This document shows positions 1-11,378 of a DNA stretch of 64,000 bases, in pieces. Position 1 is the first letter of the stretch; each line of letters starts with the position of its first letter. A program made the position numbers and the translations under genes. This DNA comes from an uncultured Candidatus Rokubacteria bacterium (lineage in GTDB: Bacteria; Methylomirabilota; Methylomirabilia; Rokubacteriales; DASRDR01), in NCBI GenBank assembly GCA_963745015.1, contig CAVUVU010000018.1, positions 13,524-77,523 on the forward strand, given 5' to 3'. Under the pieces are notes generated by a model. The model saw only the letters and a program-made list of their open reading frames with translations, was not told the DNA's origin and did not search any database.

Positions 1-318
1 CACGGAATCCGCGTCGGCCTGGCACGTGGCCGACCGGTGGCGCTCGTCGCCGAAGACGCTCATCTCCCCGAACGCCTCGCCCGGCTCGAGCCGGGCGAGC
101 ACCTGCTCGACCCGCCCCGTGACCGGCTTGGAGACGACGATGCTGCCCTCCTTGAGGATGAAGAGCTCCTCGCCCGGGTCCCCGGTGCGGAAGAGCACGT
201 CGCCCTTCCGGAGACGCCGCTCGCGGAAGGCGTACCAGAGCTCGCGCAGGACGGACTCCTCGGCGCCGTGGAAGAGCGGGACCTGGCGGAGGAACTCGAT
301 CTCCGGGAGGCGCTCCAT
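1..318 (-). CDS. cyclic-nucleotide-binding (Crp/Fnr effector-type) domain protein, N-terminal part; the gene runs off the left edge
   Basis: Own minus-strand translation from ATG at 318: MERLPEIEFLRQVPLFHGAEESVLRELWYAFRERRLRKGDVLFRTGDPGEELFILKEGSIVV...EPGEAFGEMSVFGDERHRSATCQA. It has cNMP-binding beta-roll signatures (GD.G..LFIL..G, FGE). It is absent from the ORF track because no stop lies inside the window. Confidence 0.7.
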   Translation of the reverse strand, partial: MERLPEIEFLRQVPLFHGAEESVLRELWYAFRERRLRKGDVLFRTGDPGEELFILKEGSIVVSKPVTGRVEQVLARLEPGEAFGEMSVFGDERHRSATCQADADSV

Positions 319-378
319 CAGGGCCGACCCGCGCGCGGGCGCCGGCGCCGCCAATCAGGCCGCCCGGGCCCGGGCGCG

Positions 379-600
379 TCACGTGGCCCATCGCTTCAGC
401 ACGGCGCTCTGGAGCGCGTGCGCGCGCTCGTCCTCCGAGACGTGCGCCCCGCGTCCGAGGGCCTCCATGATGACCGTCCGCTCCTCGGCGCTGAGCTCGT
501 AGCCCGCGAGGATGACGTCGGGGTCCCGGGCGAGCTGGACAAGGAACTCCCTGTCGATCATCACCCGGCCGACGAGGTCCTGAATCGCTTTGCCCGTCAT
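379..600 (-). CDS. small (73 aa) helical hypothetical protein
   Basis: ORF track. Strong G/C third-position bias. DREFLVQLARDPDVILAGYELSAEERTVI resembles short NHLP/LigA-like helical proteins, but the family is not certain. Confidence 0.5.
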   Translation of the reverse strand: MTGKAIQDLVGRVMIDREFLVQLARDPDVILAGYELSAEERTVIMEALGRGAHVSEDERAHALQSAVLKRWAT

Positions 601-975
601 GACACGTCACACAACTCCGCGGCATTCCTGCCTGTCCGGATCGATCCGCAGAAGAGAAATTTAACAGGAAAGTCGGCTCCCGTGAAGCCTGGAGCCTCCC
701 GGCCAGGGAACGCCGCGCTCCGCGGGGTCAGCGCACGCAGGGGCGGGCAAGAGGCCGCCTCGCCGCCGCATCCAGCCGTCGTCGTGCTGGCACGACCGGC
801 ACCGCCGCTCCCGGCACTCGTGGAATGGGGGAGGGCTCGTCGGATTGGGGCCTCGGCCCCGGCGTCCCTCGGAACCGGCCGGGAGCTCGGCTCGGATCGC
901 CGAGGGCCGCGAGGTCGGCTACTATCGGGTGGCGACCCGGCGCCGCCCCCGGCCCGGGAAGGAGGATGAGCCGCC

Positions 976-1386
976 ATGGCGTACTGGCTGCTGAAGTCCG
1001 AGCCCGACGACTGGCCGTGGGCGCAGCAGGCCGCGAAGGGCCGCGAGGGCGCGGAGTGGACCGGCATCCGCAACCACTCCGCCCAGGGCCACCTGCGCGC
1101 CATGAAGAAGGGCGAGCAGGCGTTCTTCTACCACACGGGCAAGGAGCGCGCGATCGTCGGCATCGTCAAGGTGATCGCGGAGGCGCACCCCGATTCGACC
1201 GACCCCGCGTGGCAGGCCATCGACGTCGCCGCGGTCGAGCCGCTCCCGACGCCGGTCAGCCTCGACCGGATCAAGGCGGAGAAGCGCCTCGCCGGCATGC
1301 CCCTCGTCCGGCTGCCCCGGCTGTCGGTCCAGCCAGTGACCGACGCCGAGTGGCGCCTCATCAGGAAGATGGGGGGTCGGAGCTAG
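976..1386 (+). CDS. EVE (DUF55, PUA-like) domain protein
   Basis: MAYWLLKSEPDDWPW...WTGIRNHSAQGHLRAMKKGEQAFFYHTGKERAIVGIVKV is the typical EVE-domain N-terminus. GGAGG lies upstream of the ATG. Confidence 0.85.
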   Translation: MAYWLLKSEPDDWPWAQQAAKGREGAEWTGIRNHSAQGHLRAMKKGEQAFFYHTGKERAIVGIVKVIAEAHPDSTDPAWQAIDVAAVEPLPTPVSLDRIKAEKRLAGMPLVRLPRLSVQPVTDAEWRLIRKMGGRS

Positions 1387-1576
1387 ACGACCCCGGCCGG
1401 GGCGCGCGTCTACGTCAGCAGCGACTGCAGCGAGCTCGAGGCTCTCACCTCCCGACGTTCCCTCGGGTCCCAGGAGCCGCGGCGGCGTGCGCCGTCAGGC
1501 CCGCACCCAGAGCTCCCGGCCCCGGCACGACGGTGATCAGGCAACGGGCCGCCTCCTAAGGGCCGGGATCCGTCCG

Positions 1577-1852
1577 CTACCCCCAGCGGAAGATGCTGAG
1601 CGCGGCCGCCAGCGAGACCGCCGTGGCGCCCCAGAGCGGCGGCCCCATCAGCGCGAGCCAGATCAGGTGGATGTACGCCGCCAGGAGGAGCGAGATGAAC
1701 AGGCGGTCCCCGCGCGTCGTGCTGAACCTCAGCATGCCGCGCCGGGGCGCGCCGCCCGGCGAGACCCGCTCCCAGACGCTCATCCCGACGAGGAGCAGCC
1801 CGATGAACGCGAAGAACACCGCGGTCTGCCACGTCCACGCCATCCAGCTCAT
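1577..1852 (-). CDS. DUF2160-type small integral membrane protein (accessory to the sugar/glycerol ABC importer)
   Basis: 91 aa with 2-3 TM segments. The motif TTRGDRLFISLL..YIHLIWLAL is as I recall for DUF2160. It is the last gene of the ABC operon. Confidence 0.7.
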   Translation of the reverse strand: MSWMAWTWQTAVFFAFIGLLLVGMSVWERVSPGGAPRRGMLRFSTTRGDRLFISLLLAAYIHLIWLALMGPPLWGATAVSLAAALSIFRWG

Positions 1853-1923
1853 CGCCGGCTGCCCCGTCGGCCGCCCGCCCGCCGATCCGCCCCGTGCTCA
1901 TCGCGCCCGATCCGGCTCGCCGG

Positions 1924-2725
1924 TCACACCCGGCCGAGCGAGAATCCCTTCGCGATGTAGTTCCGCACGAAGTAGATCACGAACGCCCCCGGCACGATCG
2001 TCAGGGCGCCCGCCGCCGCCAGGAGGCCCAGCTCGTAGCCGGACGTGCTCGCCGTGCGCGTCATCGTCGCCGCGATGGGCTTCGCGTCGACCGAGGTCAG
2101 GGTCTTCGCGAGGAGCAGCTCGACCCACGAGAACATGAAGCAGAAGAACGCCGCCACGCCGATGCCGGAGGCGATCCCCGGCAGGAGGAACTTCCGGAAG
2201 AACTGCGGTGAACGAGTAGCCGTCGATGAAGGCCAGCTCGTCGAGCTCCCTCGGCACGCCCGACATGAACCCCTCGAGGATCCACACGGCGAGCGGGACG
2301 TTGAACAGGCAGTGCGCCAGCGCCACCGCGATGTGCGTGTCGAAGAGCCCCACCGCCGAGTACAGCTGGAAGAAGGGCAGCGCGAACACCGCCGCCGGCG
2401 CCATCCGGTTGCTCAGGAGCCAGAAGAAGAGGTGCTTGTCGCCGAGGAACCGGTAGCGGGAGAACGCGTAGGCGGCCGGGAGCGCGACCGCGATCGAGAG
2501 CGCCGTGTTGATCACGACGTAGATCAGCGAGTTGACGTAGCCCATGTACCACGTCGGGTCGGTGAAGATCTTCCGGTAGTTCTCGAGCGTGAAGTTCCGC
2601 GGCCAGAGCGTGAGGCCGCCCAGGATCTCGTTGGTGTTCTTGAAGGACATCGAGAGGAGCCAGTAGATGGGGAGCATCAGGAACACGATGTAGAGCGCGG
2701 GCACCAGCCACTTGACGCGTCTCAT
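1924..2725 (-). CDS. carbohydrate ABC transporter permease (second permease); reading frame broken once
   Basis: The N-terminal part (MRRVKWLVPALYIVFLMLPIYWLL...ELAFIDGYS) lies in the 1898..3559 frame. The C-terminal part (FFRKFLLPGIASGIGVAAFFCFMFSWVELLLAKTL...) lies in the 1924..2157 frame. The switch is near 2203-2209. The ATGA overlap with the upstream permease is at 2722-2725. Confidence 0.8.
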
Positions 2726-3591
2726 CCCTGCTCCTCGTCCCGCGTCATCACCCGGTAGAAGATCCACGACAGGAGCAGGATGATCAGGAAGTAGATCAGC
2801 GACATGGCCGCCGCCGGGCCGAGGTCGAACTGCCCCAGCGCGACCTTGACCAGGTCGATCGACAGGAAGGTCGTCGCGTTGCCCGGTCCCCCGCCCGTCA
2901 GCACGATCGCCTCGGTGTAGATCATGAAGCTGTCCATGAACCGGAGCAGGATCGCGATCGTGAGCACGTGCTTCATCTTCGGCAGCTGCACGTGGCGGAA
3001 GACCGCCCAGGCCGACGCCCCGTCGATCTTCGCCGCCCGGTAGTAGGCGTCGGGGATGGCGCTCAGGCCGGCGTAGGCGAGGAGCGCCACCAGGGACGTC
3101 CAGTGCCAGACGTCCATGGCGACCAGGGTCGCCCACGCGGCGATCGGCTGCCGGGTGAAGTTGTAGTCGAGCCCCATCGCGTTCAGGGACCAGCCGAGGA
3201 GCCCGATGTCCGGGAGCGCGAAGATGTTCCAGATCGCGCCGACCACGTTCCACGGGATCAGGAGCGGCATCGACATCAGGACGAGGCACAGGGAGGCCCA
3301 GGCGCCCCGGCGCGGCATCGCGAGGGCGATCGCCATGCCGAGCGGCACCTCGATCAGGAGGACGATGGCGGTGAAGAGCAGCTGGCGCCGGAGCGCCCCG
3401 TAGAAGCGGGGCGAGTGGACCACCTCGTCGAACCACTTGACGCCCTCGAAGAAGAACCGGTTGTTGCCGAACGTCTCCTGCACCGAGTAGTTGACGACCG
3501 CCATGAGCGGCACGATGGCGTTGAACCCGACCAGGATCACGACCGGCAGCACGAGCCACCAGGCCTTCTGGTTGACCGTCTTCGGGCTCAC
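2722..3591 (-). CDS. carbohydrate ABC transporter permease (first permease)
   Basis: 289 aa with 6 TM segments. It has an EAA-like loop (AKIDGASAWAVFRHVQLP). Confidence 0.85.
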   Translation of the reverse strand: MSPKTVNQKAWWLVLPVVILVGFNAIVPLMAVVNYSVQETFGNNRFFFEGVKWFDEVVHSPRFYGALRRQLLFTAIVLLIEVPLGMAIALAMPRRGAWASLCLVLMSMPLLIPWNVVGAIWNIFALPDIGLLGWSLNAMGLDYNFTRQPIAAWATLVAMDVWHWTSLVALLAYAGLSAIPDAYYRAAKIDGASAWAVFRHVQLPKMKHVLTIAILLRFMDSFMIYTEAIVLTGGGPGNATTFLSIDLVKVALGQFDLGPAAAMSLIYFLIILLLSWIFYRVMTRDEEQG

Positions 3592-3598
3592 GCGTCCC

Positions 3599-4666
3599 TC
3601 ACGCCGCGAGCCACCCGTCGACGTAGAGCCGGGTGAACTCGGCGTCGAAGCTCACGTGGGCGGCCCCCGGCGGCACCTGATCGCGCTCGTCGATCAGGAG
3701 CCGGATCACGGCGTCGTCGTGCCGGGCCTCCACGATCTGGTGGCGTCCCGCGTCGCTGACCCGGACGACCCGCACGGGGATCCCGCTCGGGGCGAACCGC
3801 ACGAACTCCGGCCGGACGCCGATCTCCGTCCGGGCGCCCGCCGGCGGCCGGGCCCCGGCGTTCGCGGTCCGGACCGGCTGGCCGGCGAAGCGGGCGACGC
3901 CGTCCGCCACCTCGCACGGCAGGATGTTCATGCCCGGCGAGCCGATGAAGTGCCCGACGAAGGTGTGACGCGGGCGCTCGAAGAGCTCCACCGGCGTCCC
4001 GGTCTGCACGACGGTGCCCTCGTGCATCACGACGACCTGGTCGGCGAAGGTCATCGCCTCCGTCTGGTCGTGGGTCACGTAGACCATGGTGAGGCCGACC
4101 CGCTGGTGAAGCTCCTTCAGCTTCGAGCGGAGCCGCCACTTGAGGTGGGGGTCGATCACCGTCAGCGGCTCGTCGAGCATGATCACGTTCACGTCCGGGC
4201 GCACCAGGCCCCGGCCGAGCGAGATCTTCTGCTTGCCGTCGGCGGTCAGGCCCGAGGCGCGCGACCGGAGCATCGGTCCCAGGTCGAGCAGCTCCGCGAT
4301 CTCGCGCACGCGGGCGTCGACGCTCCGCTCGCCCACCCCGCGGTTCCGCAGCGGGAACGCGAGGTTGTCGTACACGGTCATCGTGTCGTAGACGACCGGG
4401 AACTGGAACACCTGCGCGATGTTGCGCTGGTCCGGCGGCCTGTCCGTCACGTCCGCGTCGCCGAAGAGGACCCGCCCCGCCGTCGGCCTGAGGAGGCCCG
4501 ACACGATGTTCAGGAGCGTCGTCTTGCCGCAGCCGGAGGGGCCCAGGAGGGCGTACGCGCCGCCGTCCGCCAGCTGGAGGTCGATGCGCTTCAGCGCCCA
4601 GTCGGCGTCGCCGGCCGCGCTCGCCGCGTAGCTGTGCCGCAGGTCCTCGAGGCCGATGCGGGCCAT
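3599..4666 (-). CDS. ABC transporter ATP-binding protein
   Basis: Walker A GPSGCGKTT, a signature-like LTADGKQKISLGRGL, Walker B VIMLDEPL, and a C-terminal MalK-like regulatory domain. Confidence 0.85.
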   Translation of the reverse strand: MARIGLEDLRHSYAASAAGDADWALKRIDLQLADGGAYALLGPSGCGKTTLLNIVSGLLRPTAGRVLFGDADVTDRPPDQRNIAQVFQFPVVYDTMTVYDNLAFPLRNRGVGERSVDARVREIAELLDLGPMLRSRASGLTADGKQKISLGRGLVRPDVNVIMLDEPLTVIDPHLKWRLRSKLKELHQRVGLTMVYVTHDQTEAMTFADQVVVMHEGTVVQTGTPVELFERPRHTFVGHFIGSPGMNILPCEVADGVARFAGQPVRTANAGARPPAGARTEIGVRPEFVRFAPSGIPVRVVRVSDAGRHQIVEARHDDAVIRLLIDERDQVPPGAAHVSFDAEFTRLYVDGWLAA

Positions 4667-4689
4667 CTACCGCGCCGCCGGTGGAGCGG

Positions 4690-5758
4690 TCACGCCGCGG
4701 CCCGGGTCCCGTCCGGGCGGAAGTAGAGGCACCGCCCGACGTCCAGCTCGAACCGCGCCGTCTCGCCCACCTTGAAGGCGCGCACGCCATGCGACAGGGA
4801 CACCCACGTGAGCCCGCCGAGGTCGAAGTGGATCACGCTCTCCGACCCGCTGATCTCCGCGATCAGCACGCGGCACTCGACCTCGACGCCCTGGCCCCGG
4901 CCCGGCGCGGGCAGCACGTGATGCGGCCGGAGGCCGATCGTGTAGGGGCCGTCGGGCAGCCGCCGGAGGCTCTCGCCGGCGGTCCAGCTCACCCGTTCCG
5001 GCAGGCTGATCCGGTCCCCCTGCTTGACGACGTCGGCCGTGTTGATCGGCGGATCGGAGAAGACCCGCGCCGTCGTGAGGTCGACCGGGCTCCGGTAGAC
5101 GGCGCCGTTCGGCCCGTACTGCGTGACGCGGCCCTGGTGGACGGTCGCCGTGTGCCCGCCGAGCAGGAGCGCCTCCGAGGGCTCGCCCGTCGCGTACACG
5201 ACGGTGGAGGCGCGGCCCGCGAACAGCCGGGGCAGCTCGTCCCGCAGGCCCTCGCGGAGCTTGTAGTCCAGGTTCGCGAGCGGCTCGTCGAGCAGCACCA
5301 GATCGGCGTCCTTGACCAGCGCCCGCGCGAGGGCCGTGCGCTGCTGCTGCCCGCCGGAGAGCTCGAGCGGCCGGCGCTCGAGGAAGGGCCCGAGCTGGAG
5401 GAGCTCGGCCACCCCCCCGACCCGCTTGCGGACCGTCGGCTCGTCGACCCGCGCGACCCGCAGCGGCGACGCGATGTTCTCGTAGACCGAGAGGTTCGGG
5501 TAGTTGATGAACTGCTGGAAGACCATCGCCACGTTGCGCTTCTGGACCGGCACGCCCGTGACGTTCTTGCCGCCGAACCAGACCTCGCCGGAGGTCGGCT
5601 GGACCAGGCCCGCCATCAGCTGCATGAGCGTGGTCTTGCCCGCCAGCGTGGTGCCGAGGAGCGTGTTGAACCCGCCGGGCGCGAGCTCGAGGCTCGTCTC
5701 GTGGATGTGCGTCTCCGCGCCGACGCGGCGGACGACGCTCTTCAGGGCGAGCGTCACG
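4690..5758 (-). CDS. ABC transporter ATP-binding protein (second ATPase); start chosen at GTG 5758
   Basis: Walker A GTTLAGKTT, signature LSGGQQQRTALARAL, Walker B LVLLDEPL. The 40-aa extension back to the ATG at 5877 looks non-coding. The GTG at 5758 is preceded by GAGGG. Confidence 0.8.
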
Positions 5759-5974
5759 ACTCGGGGCCCTCGGGGTAATCGTTCGCGGCAACCGATGGTG
5801 CTGGAGGCCGGCGTCACGGTCCAGGGCCCACGAAGAGGACGGACTGCCGAGGCCGACGGGCTGGAGGCCGGCGTCACGGCCCGAACCCCGCGGAGAGGGC
5901 CGGGTCCCGGCCGCCGCCGGGGATGCGGACGGGGAGCCCGGGGCTCCCCGTCCGATCGCTCGTGATCGACTCCC

Positions 5975-7730
<1,756 letters not shown>

Positions 7731-7949
7731 GTGCGCTCCTCCTCTTTGGGGAACGTGGAACGGCAGCGGAACGGCACGGCCATCCTATGAGCGAAAAGAA
7801 ACGAATGTCAATACGGATAAACCGCTTGCTTCATCGAGGCAGAAACGAAATAATACGAAACCGATCGCCCAGGGCCGGTGGCGCCGTCCGGTTGTGAAGG
7901 GATGGCGGCCGGGCGGCGGACCGATACGGGTGATCGGGGGACGGACGCC

Positions 7950-8753
7950 ATGCCGCTACTCACCCCGCGCCAGGCGGACATCATCGCGCTGGCCCGCGAC
8001 ACGGGCCGGCTCGACGTGGACTCCCTCGCCGCGCACTTCGGCGTGACGCCGCAGACCATCCGGAAGGACCTGAACCAGCTCTGCGAGCAGGGGCTCCTCC
8101 AGCGCTACCACGGCGGCGCCATGCTGCCCTCCGGGGTCGCCAACCTCGCCTACGAGGCGCGCCGGCAGCTCGCGACCGACGCCAAGCGCCGGATCGGCCT
8201 CCGGGCCGCCCGCCTGATCCCGAACGACTGCTCGCTCCTGATCAACATCGGCACGACCACGGAGCAGGTTGCCACGGCGCTCCGCGCCCACACCGGGCTG
8301 ATGGTGATCACGAACAACATCAACGTGGTCAACATCCTGCAGGGCTACACCGGCATCGAGGTGATCGTGGTGGGCGGCGTGGTCCGCCATGCCGACGGCG
8401 GCATCGTGGGCGAGGCCGCCGTCGACTTCATCCGCCAGTTCAAGGTCGACTACGCGGTCGTCGGCGCCTCCGCGATCGACGAGGACGGCACCCTGCTGGA
8501 CTACGACTACCGCGAGGTCAAGGTCTCGCGCATGATCGTCGAGGAGAGCCGCCGCGTCATCCTGGTCGCCGACAGCTCGAAGTACGGCCGCTCCGCCCCG
8601 GTCCGCATCGGGCACATCTCGGAGATCCACCACTTCGTGACGGACGCGCCGCCGCCGCCGCGCCTCCGGCGCCTCTGCGAGGAGCACGGCGTCGTGCTGG
8701 ACATCGCGGGGGAGGACGGCGCGGAGGGGCGGTCCTCCAAGGCCTCGGGCTGA
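7950..8753 (+). CDS. DeoR/GlpR-family transcriptional repressor
   Basis: N-terminal HTH (RQADIIALARDTGRLDVDSLAAHFGVTPQTIRKDLNQLCEQGLL) plus a DeoR C-terminal sugar-phosphate sensor domain. It is divergent from the ABC operon. Start taken at ATG 7950. Confidence 0.85.
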   Translation: MPLLTPRQADIIALARDTGRLDVDSLAAHFGVTPQTIRKDLNQLCEQGLLQRYHGGAMLPSGVANLAYEARRQLATDAKRRIGLRAARLIPNDCSLLINIGTTTEQVATALRAHTGLMVITNNINVVNILQGYTGIEVIVVGGVVRHADGGIVGEAAVDFIRQFKVDYAVVGASAIDEDGTLLDYDYREVKVSRMIVEESRRVILVADSSKYGRSAPVRIGHISEIHHFVTDAPPPPRLRRLCEEHGVVLDIAGEDGAEGRSSKASG

Positions 8754-8790
8754 CGGGAAGCAGATCCAGGGGCGCCCATCGCGCGGTGGA

Positions 8791-8820
8791 GGCGCCCGGC
8801 CCGCCGGTGAGCCGGGCGCC
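8791..8820. terminator. GC-rich hairpin between the convergent DeoR and nirK genes
   Basis: GGCGCCCGGC (8791-8800) pairs with GCCGGGCGCC (8811-8820): a 10-bp perfect stem with a 10-nt loop. There is no U-tract. Confidence 0.4.
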
Positions 8821-8897
8821 TCGGTCGACCAAGCCCCTTCACGCGTCAGTCACCCGGCATCCCGTGCCCGTGAAGGGCTCGCCGCCGCCGCCTGCCG

Positions 8898-10390
8898 TCA
8901 GTGGCCGAGCATGCTGGCGGGCCCGTCGCTGTGGAAGACCGCCGGGTTGGCGTCGCCCTCGACGACGAGAAAGCCGGCGAGCCCGCGCTCGAGCCGCGAC
9001 AGCGAGTGGTCGACCAGGATGTAGCGGCCCGGCACGTCGAGCTTGAACTCGACGATCGCGGCGCCCCCCGCCGGGACCATCGTCGTCTGCACGTTCGTGG
9101 CCGGCGGCGACCCCACGGCCGCCTCCTTGTACACGCGGTCGAAGATCTCGCCGATCACGTGGAAGGACGAGGTCGCGTTGGGCCCGCCCACCCCGAAGAA
9201 GATGCGGACGGTCTCCCCGACCTTGGCCTTCATCGGGTGCTCGGTGGTGAGCGCGCCGACGGCGCCGTTGAAGACGAAGTACTCGGCCCGCTCGCGAGGA
9301 GCTTCTCCACGCTGAACTCGTCGTGGCCCCGCTGCCCGAAGGGCCGGTCCGTGTACAGCTCCCCCTGCATCACGTAGTACTCGCGGTCGACCTTCGGCAG
9401 CCCGCCCGGCGGCTCGACCAGGATGAGCCCGTACATCCCGCTCGTGATGTGGTTGGCCACCATCGGCGTCGCGCAGTGGTAGACGTACAGCCCGGGGTTG
9501 AGCGCCTTGAAGCGCAGCGTCTTCGTCTCGCCCGGGGGGGTCTGGGTCGCCACCGCGCCGCCGCCGGGCCCCGTCGTCGCGTGGAAGTCCACCGAGTGGA
9601 TCATCCGGCTGTCCTTCCGGTTCTTGAAGGTCAGCTCGACCGTGTCCCCCACCCGCACGCGCAGGAACGGCCCCGGCACCTTGCTGTTGAAGGTCCAGTA
9701 GTTGTACGTCGTCTCGTTGGCCAGCCGGCCGACGAGCTCCACGGCCTCGAGCTCGACCTGGAACGTGCGCGGCGGGCCGGCCGCCAGCGGCCCCGGCAGG
9801 TCGACCGGGTCGCGCGCGATGCTCACCGACGGCGGCAGGGCCGCCACCGGCCCCTTGCCGGTCCCCACGATGAGCTTGCCTTCCATCCCCGCCGGCCGGT
9901 GGCCGGGCAGCGAGCAGAAGTACGCGAACTCGCCGCTCTTGTCGGCGCGGAACACGGTGACGCTGCTGGCGCCCTTCCGCGCGACCTTGTCGGTGCCGGC
10001 GCCGAAGTCGGGGAACACGACGTCGTGCTCGACGCCGTCGTTGTTGATGAGGGTGATCTGCACGACGTCGCCCTCGGCGACGCGGAGCGGCGGATTGACG
10101 ATGCCCTCGATGGAGCCGCCCACGCCGACGAAGGCCATCTTGCCGTCCGCCAGCTCCGTGCGGAGACGGAAGCGCACGGTCGGCGTGTACTCGGCGGCCG
10201 GGCTCTTCTTCGCCACCTTGGGCGCGCTGGGCGCGGCGCCTTGGGGGCTGGCGCCGCCGGCTTCGTCTGCGCCATGTGCCGGTGGCCCGCGACTGCCCGG
10301 ATCGGCGGCCTCGCCGGGCCCGTGCATCGCCGCCGTCACGACGAACGCCAGCCACGCAAGGACTACCAGGACCCGATCGCCTCGTCTCAT
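8898..10390 (-). CDS. nirK: copper-containing nitrite reductase with an extra N-terminal cupredoxin domain; reading frame broken once
   Basis: NirK Cu-ligand motifs: HSVDFHATTG, YVYHCATPMVANHITSGMYG, SFHVIGEIFD. The N-terminal domain carries blue-copper ligands (GVEHDVVF...YFCSLPGHRPAGMEG). A signal-like N-terminus is present. The frame breaks near 9289-9297 (...FSVEKLLA / ERAEYFVFNGAVG...). Confidence 0.85.
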
Positions 10391-10439
10391 TGATCTTCCC
10401 TCCTCGATGCCAGTGTGAGCCCGTGTGTCCCAGGTCGGG

Positions 10440-10455
10440 TATGACGCCGATCACA
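10440..10455. promoter_or_regulatory. FNR/Dnr-type box TATGA-N6-TCACA upstream of nirK
   Basis: TATGACGCCGATCACA is centred about 57 nt upstream of the nirK ATG (10390). It is related to the boxes at 26723-26740 and 31519-31536. Confidence 0.5.
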
Positions 10456-10563
10456 CACGACGAGTGGCGGTCGCCGGGGCGGGCCACCCGATCGGCCCCT
10501 CGTGGAACGCTGGATCCACCCGCAGGCAGCTCAGCGGTGGTGAGGCATGCGGTGTCGCATCGC

Positions 10564-11004
10564 TCAGCCGAGGAAGAGCTCCGCCAGGGCGCCGGGTTCC
10601 GCCTGGCCTCGCACCGTCTCGAGCACATCCCGTTCGGTCAACAGGCCGACGACGCGACCCTCCTCCGTGACGGGCAAGCTCCCGATGCGACGCTCGAACA
10701 TGAGGAACGCCGAGCGCTCGACCTCCGCGTCCGGGCCGACCGTCACGACCGACGAGGTCATGATGTCCCGCACGCGGGGTGGCCGGAGTCGCCGTGCGTC
10801 CGATGGAAGATGCTGGGCCATCATCGGCAGGAACGCCGCGTGCCGCACGTCTCGGTCCGTGAGCACCCCGAGCAGATGCTCCTCCTCGTCCGTGACCAGA
10901 ACATGGCGGACCGCGCGGAGCCGCATCGTCTCCGCCGCCGCTTGAATCGAGGCGTCGGGAACGATCGTCACCAGCGCACGATGCATGATGTCCCGCACCT
11001 TCAT
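10564..11004 (-). CDS. CBS-pair domain protein
   Basis: MKVRDIMHRALVTIVPDASIQAAAETM...LLGVLTDRDV...VRDIMTSSVVTVGPDAEV...IGSLPVTEEGRVVGLLTERDVL. Start taken at the internal ATG 11004. Confidence 0.8.
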   Translation of the reverse strand: MKVRDIMHRALVTIVPDASIQAAAETMRLRAVRHVLVTDEEEHLLGVLTDRDVRHAAFLPMMAQHLPSDARRLRPPRVRDIMTSSVVTVGPDAEVERSAFLMFERRIGSLPVTEEGRVVGLLTERDVLETVRGQAEPGALAELFLG

Positions 11005-11378
11005 CGTCCGCGCTCCTTCCAGAACTCGGTCGGCCCACCCTCCGGCGGGTGAATCTCCCCCGGCGTCGCGGGCAGGGACCAATCGCCCTCGCGCGGGAGC
11101 GTAGCAAGGGCAACGCCAACGTGGTTCGGGGCCTTACCGCGGCCACCGGTCGACCAACCGGCCGGGCAGCTGAGGCGCGCCCTCCCCAAGTGGGGTGGCG
11201 ACGGGACAGGCACCGCCCGCGAACTGAAGGCAGGCCGACTGGCGTGGTAGCCGTCTGGCCCGCGAGCCTCCGCAGCTTGACGCCGGGCCGGGGCGACGAT
11301 CTCGGCGGCCGGGCCGCCTGCGACGTCACCGCGAGTCGACACAAGCGTACCGGTCGGTTCCGGCATGCCGAATTCGCT

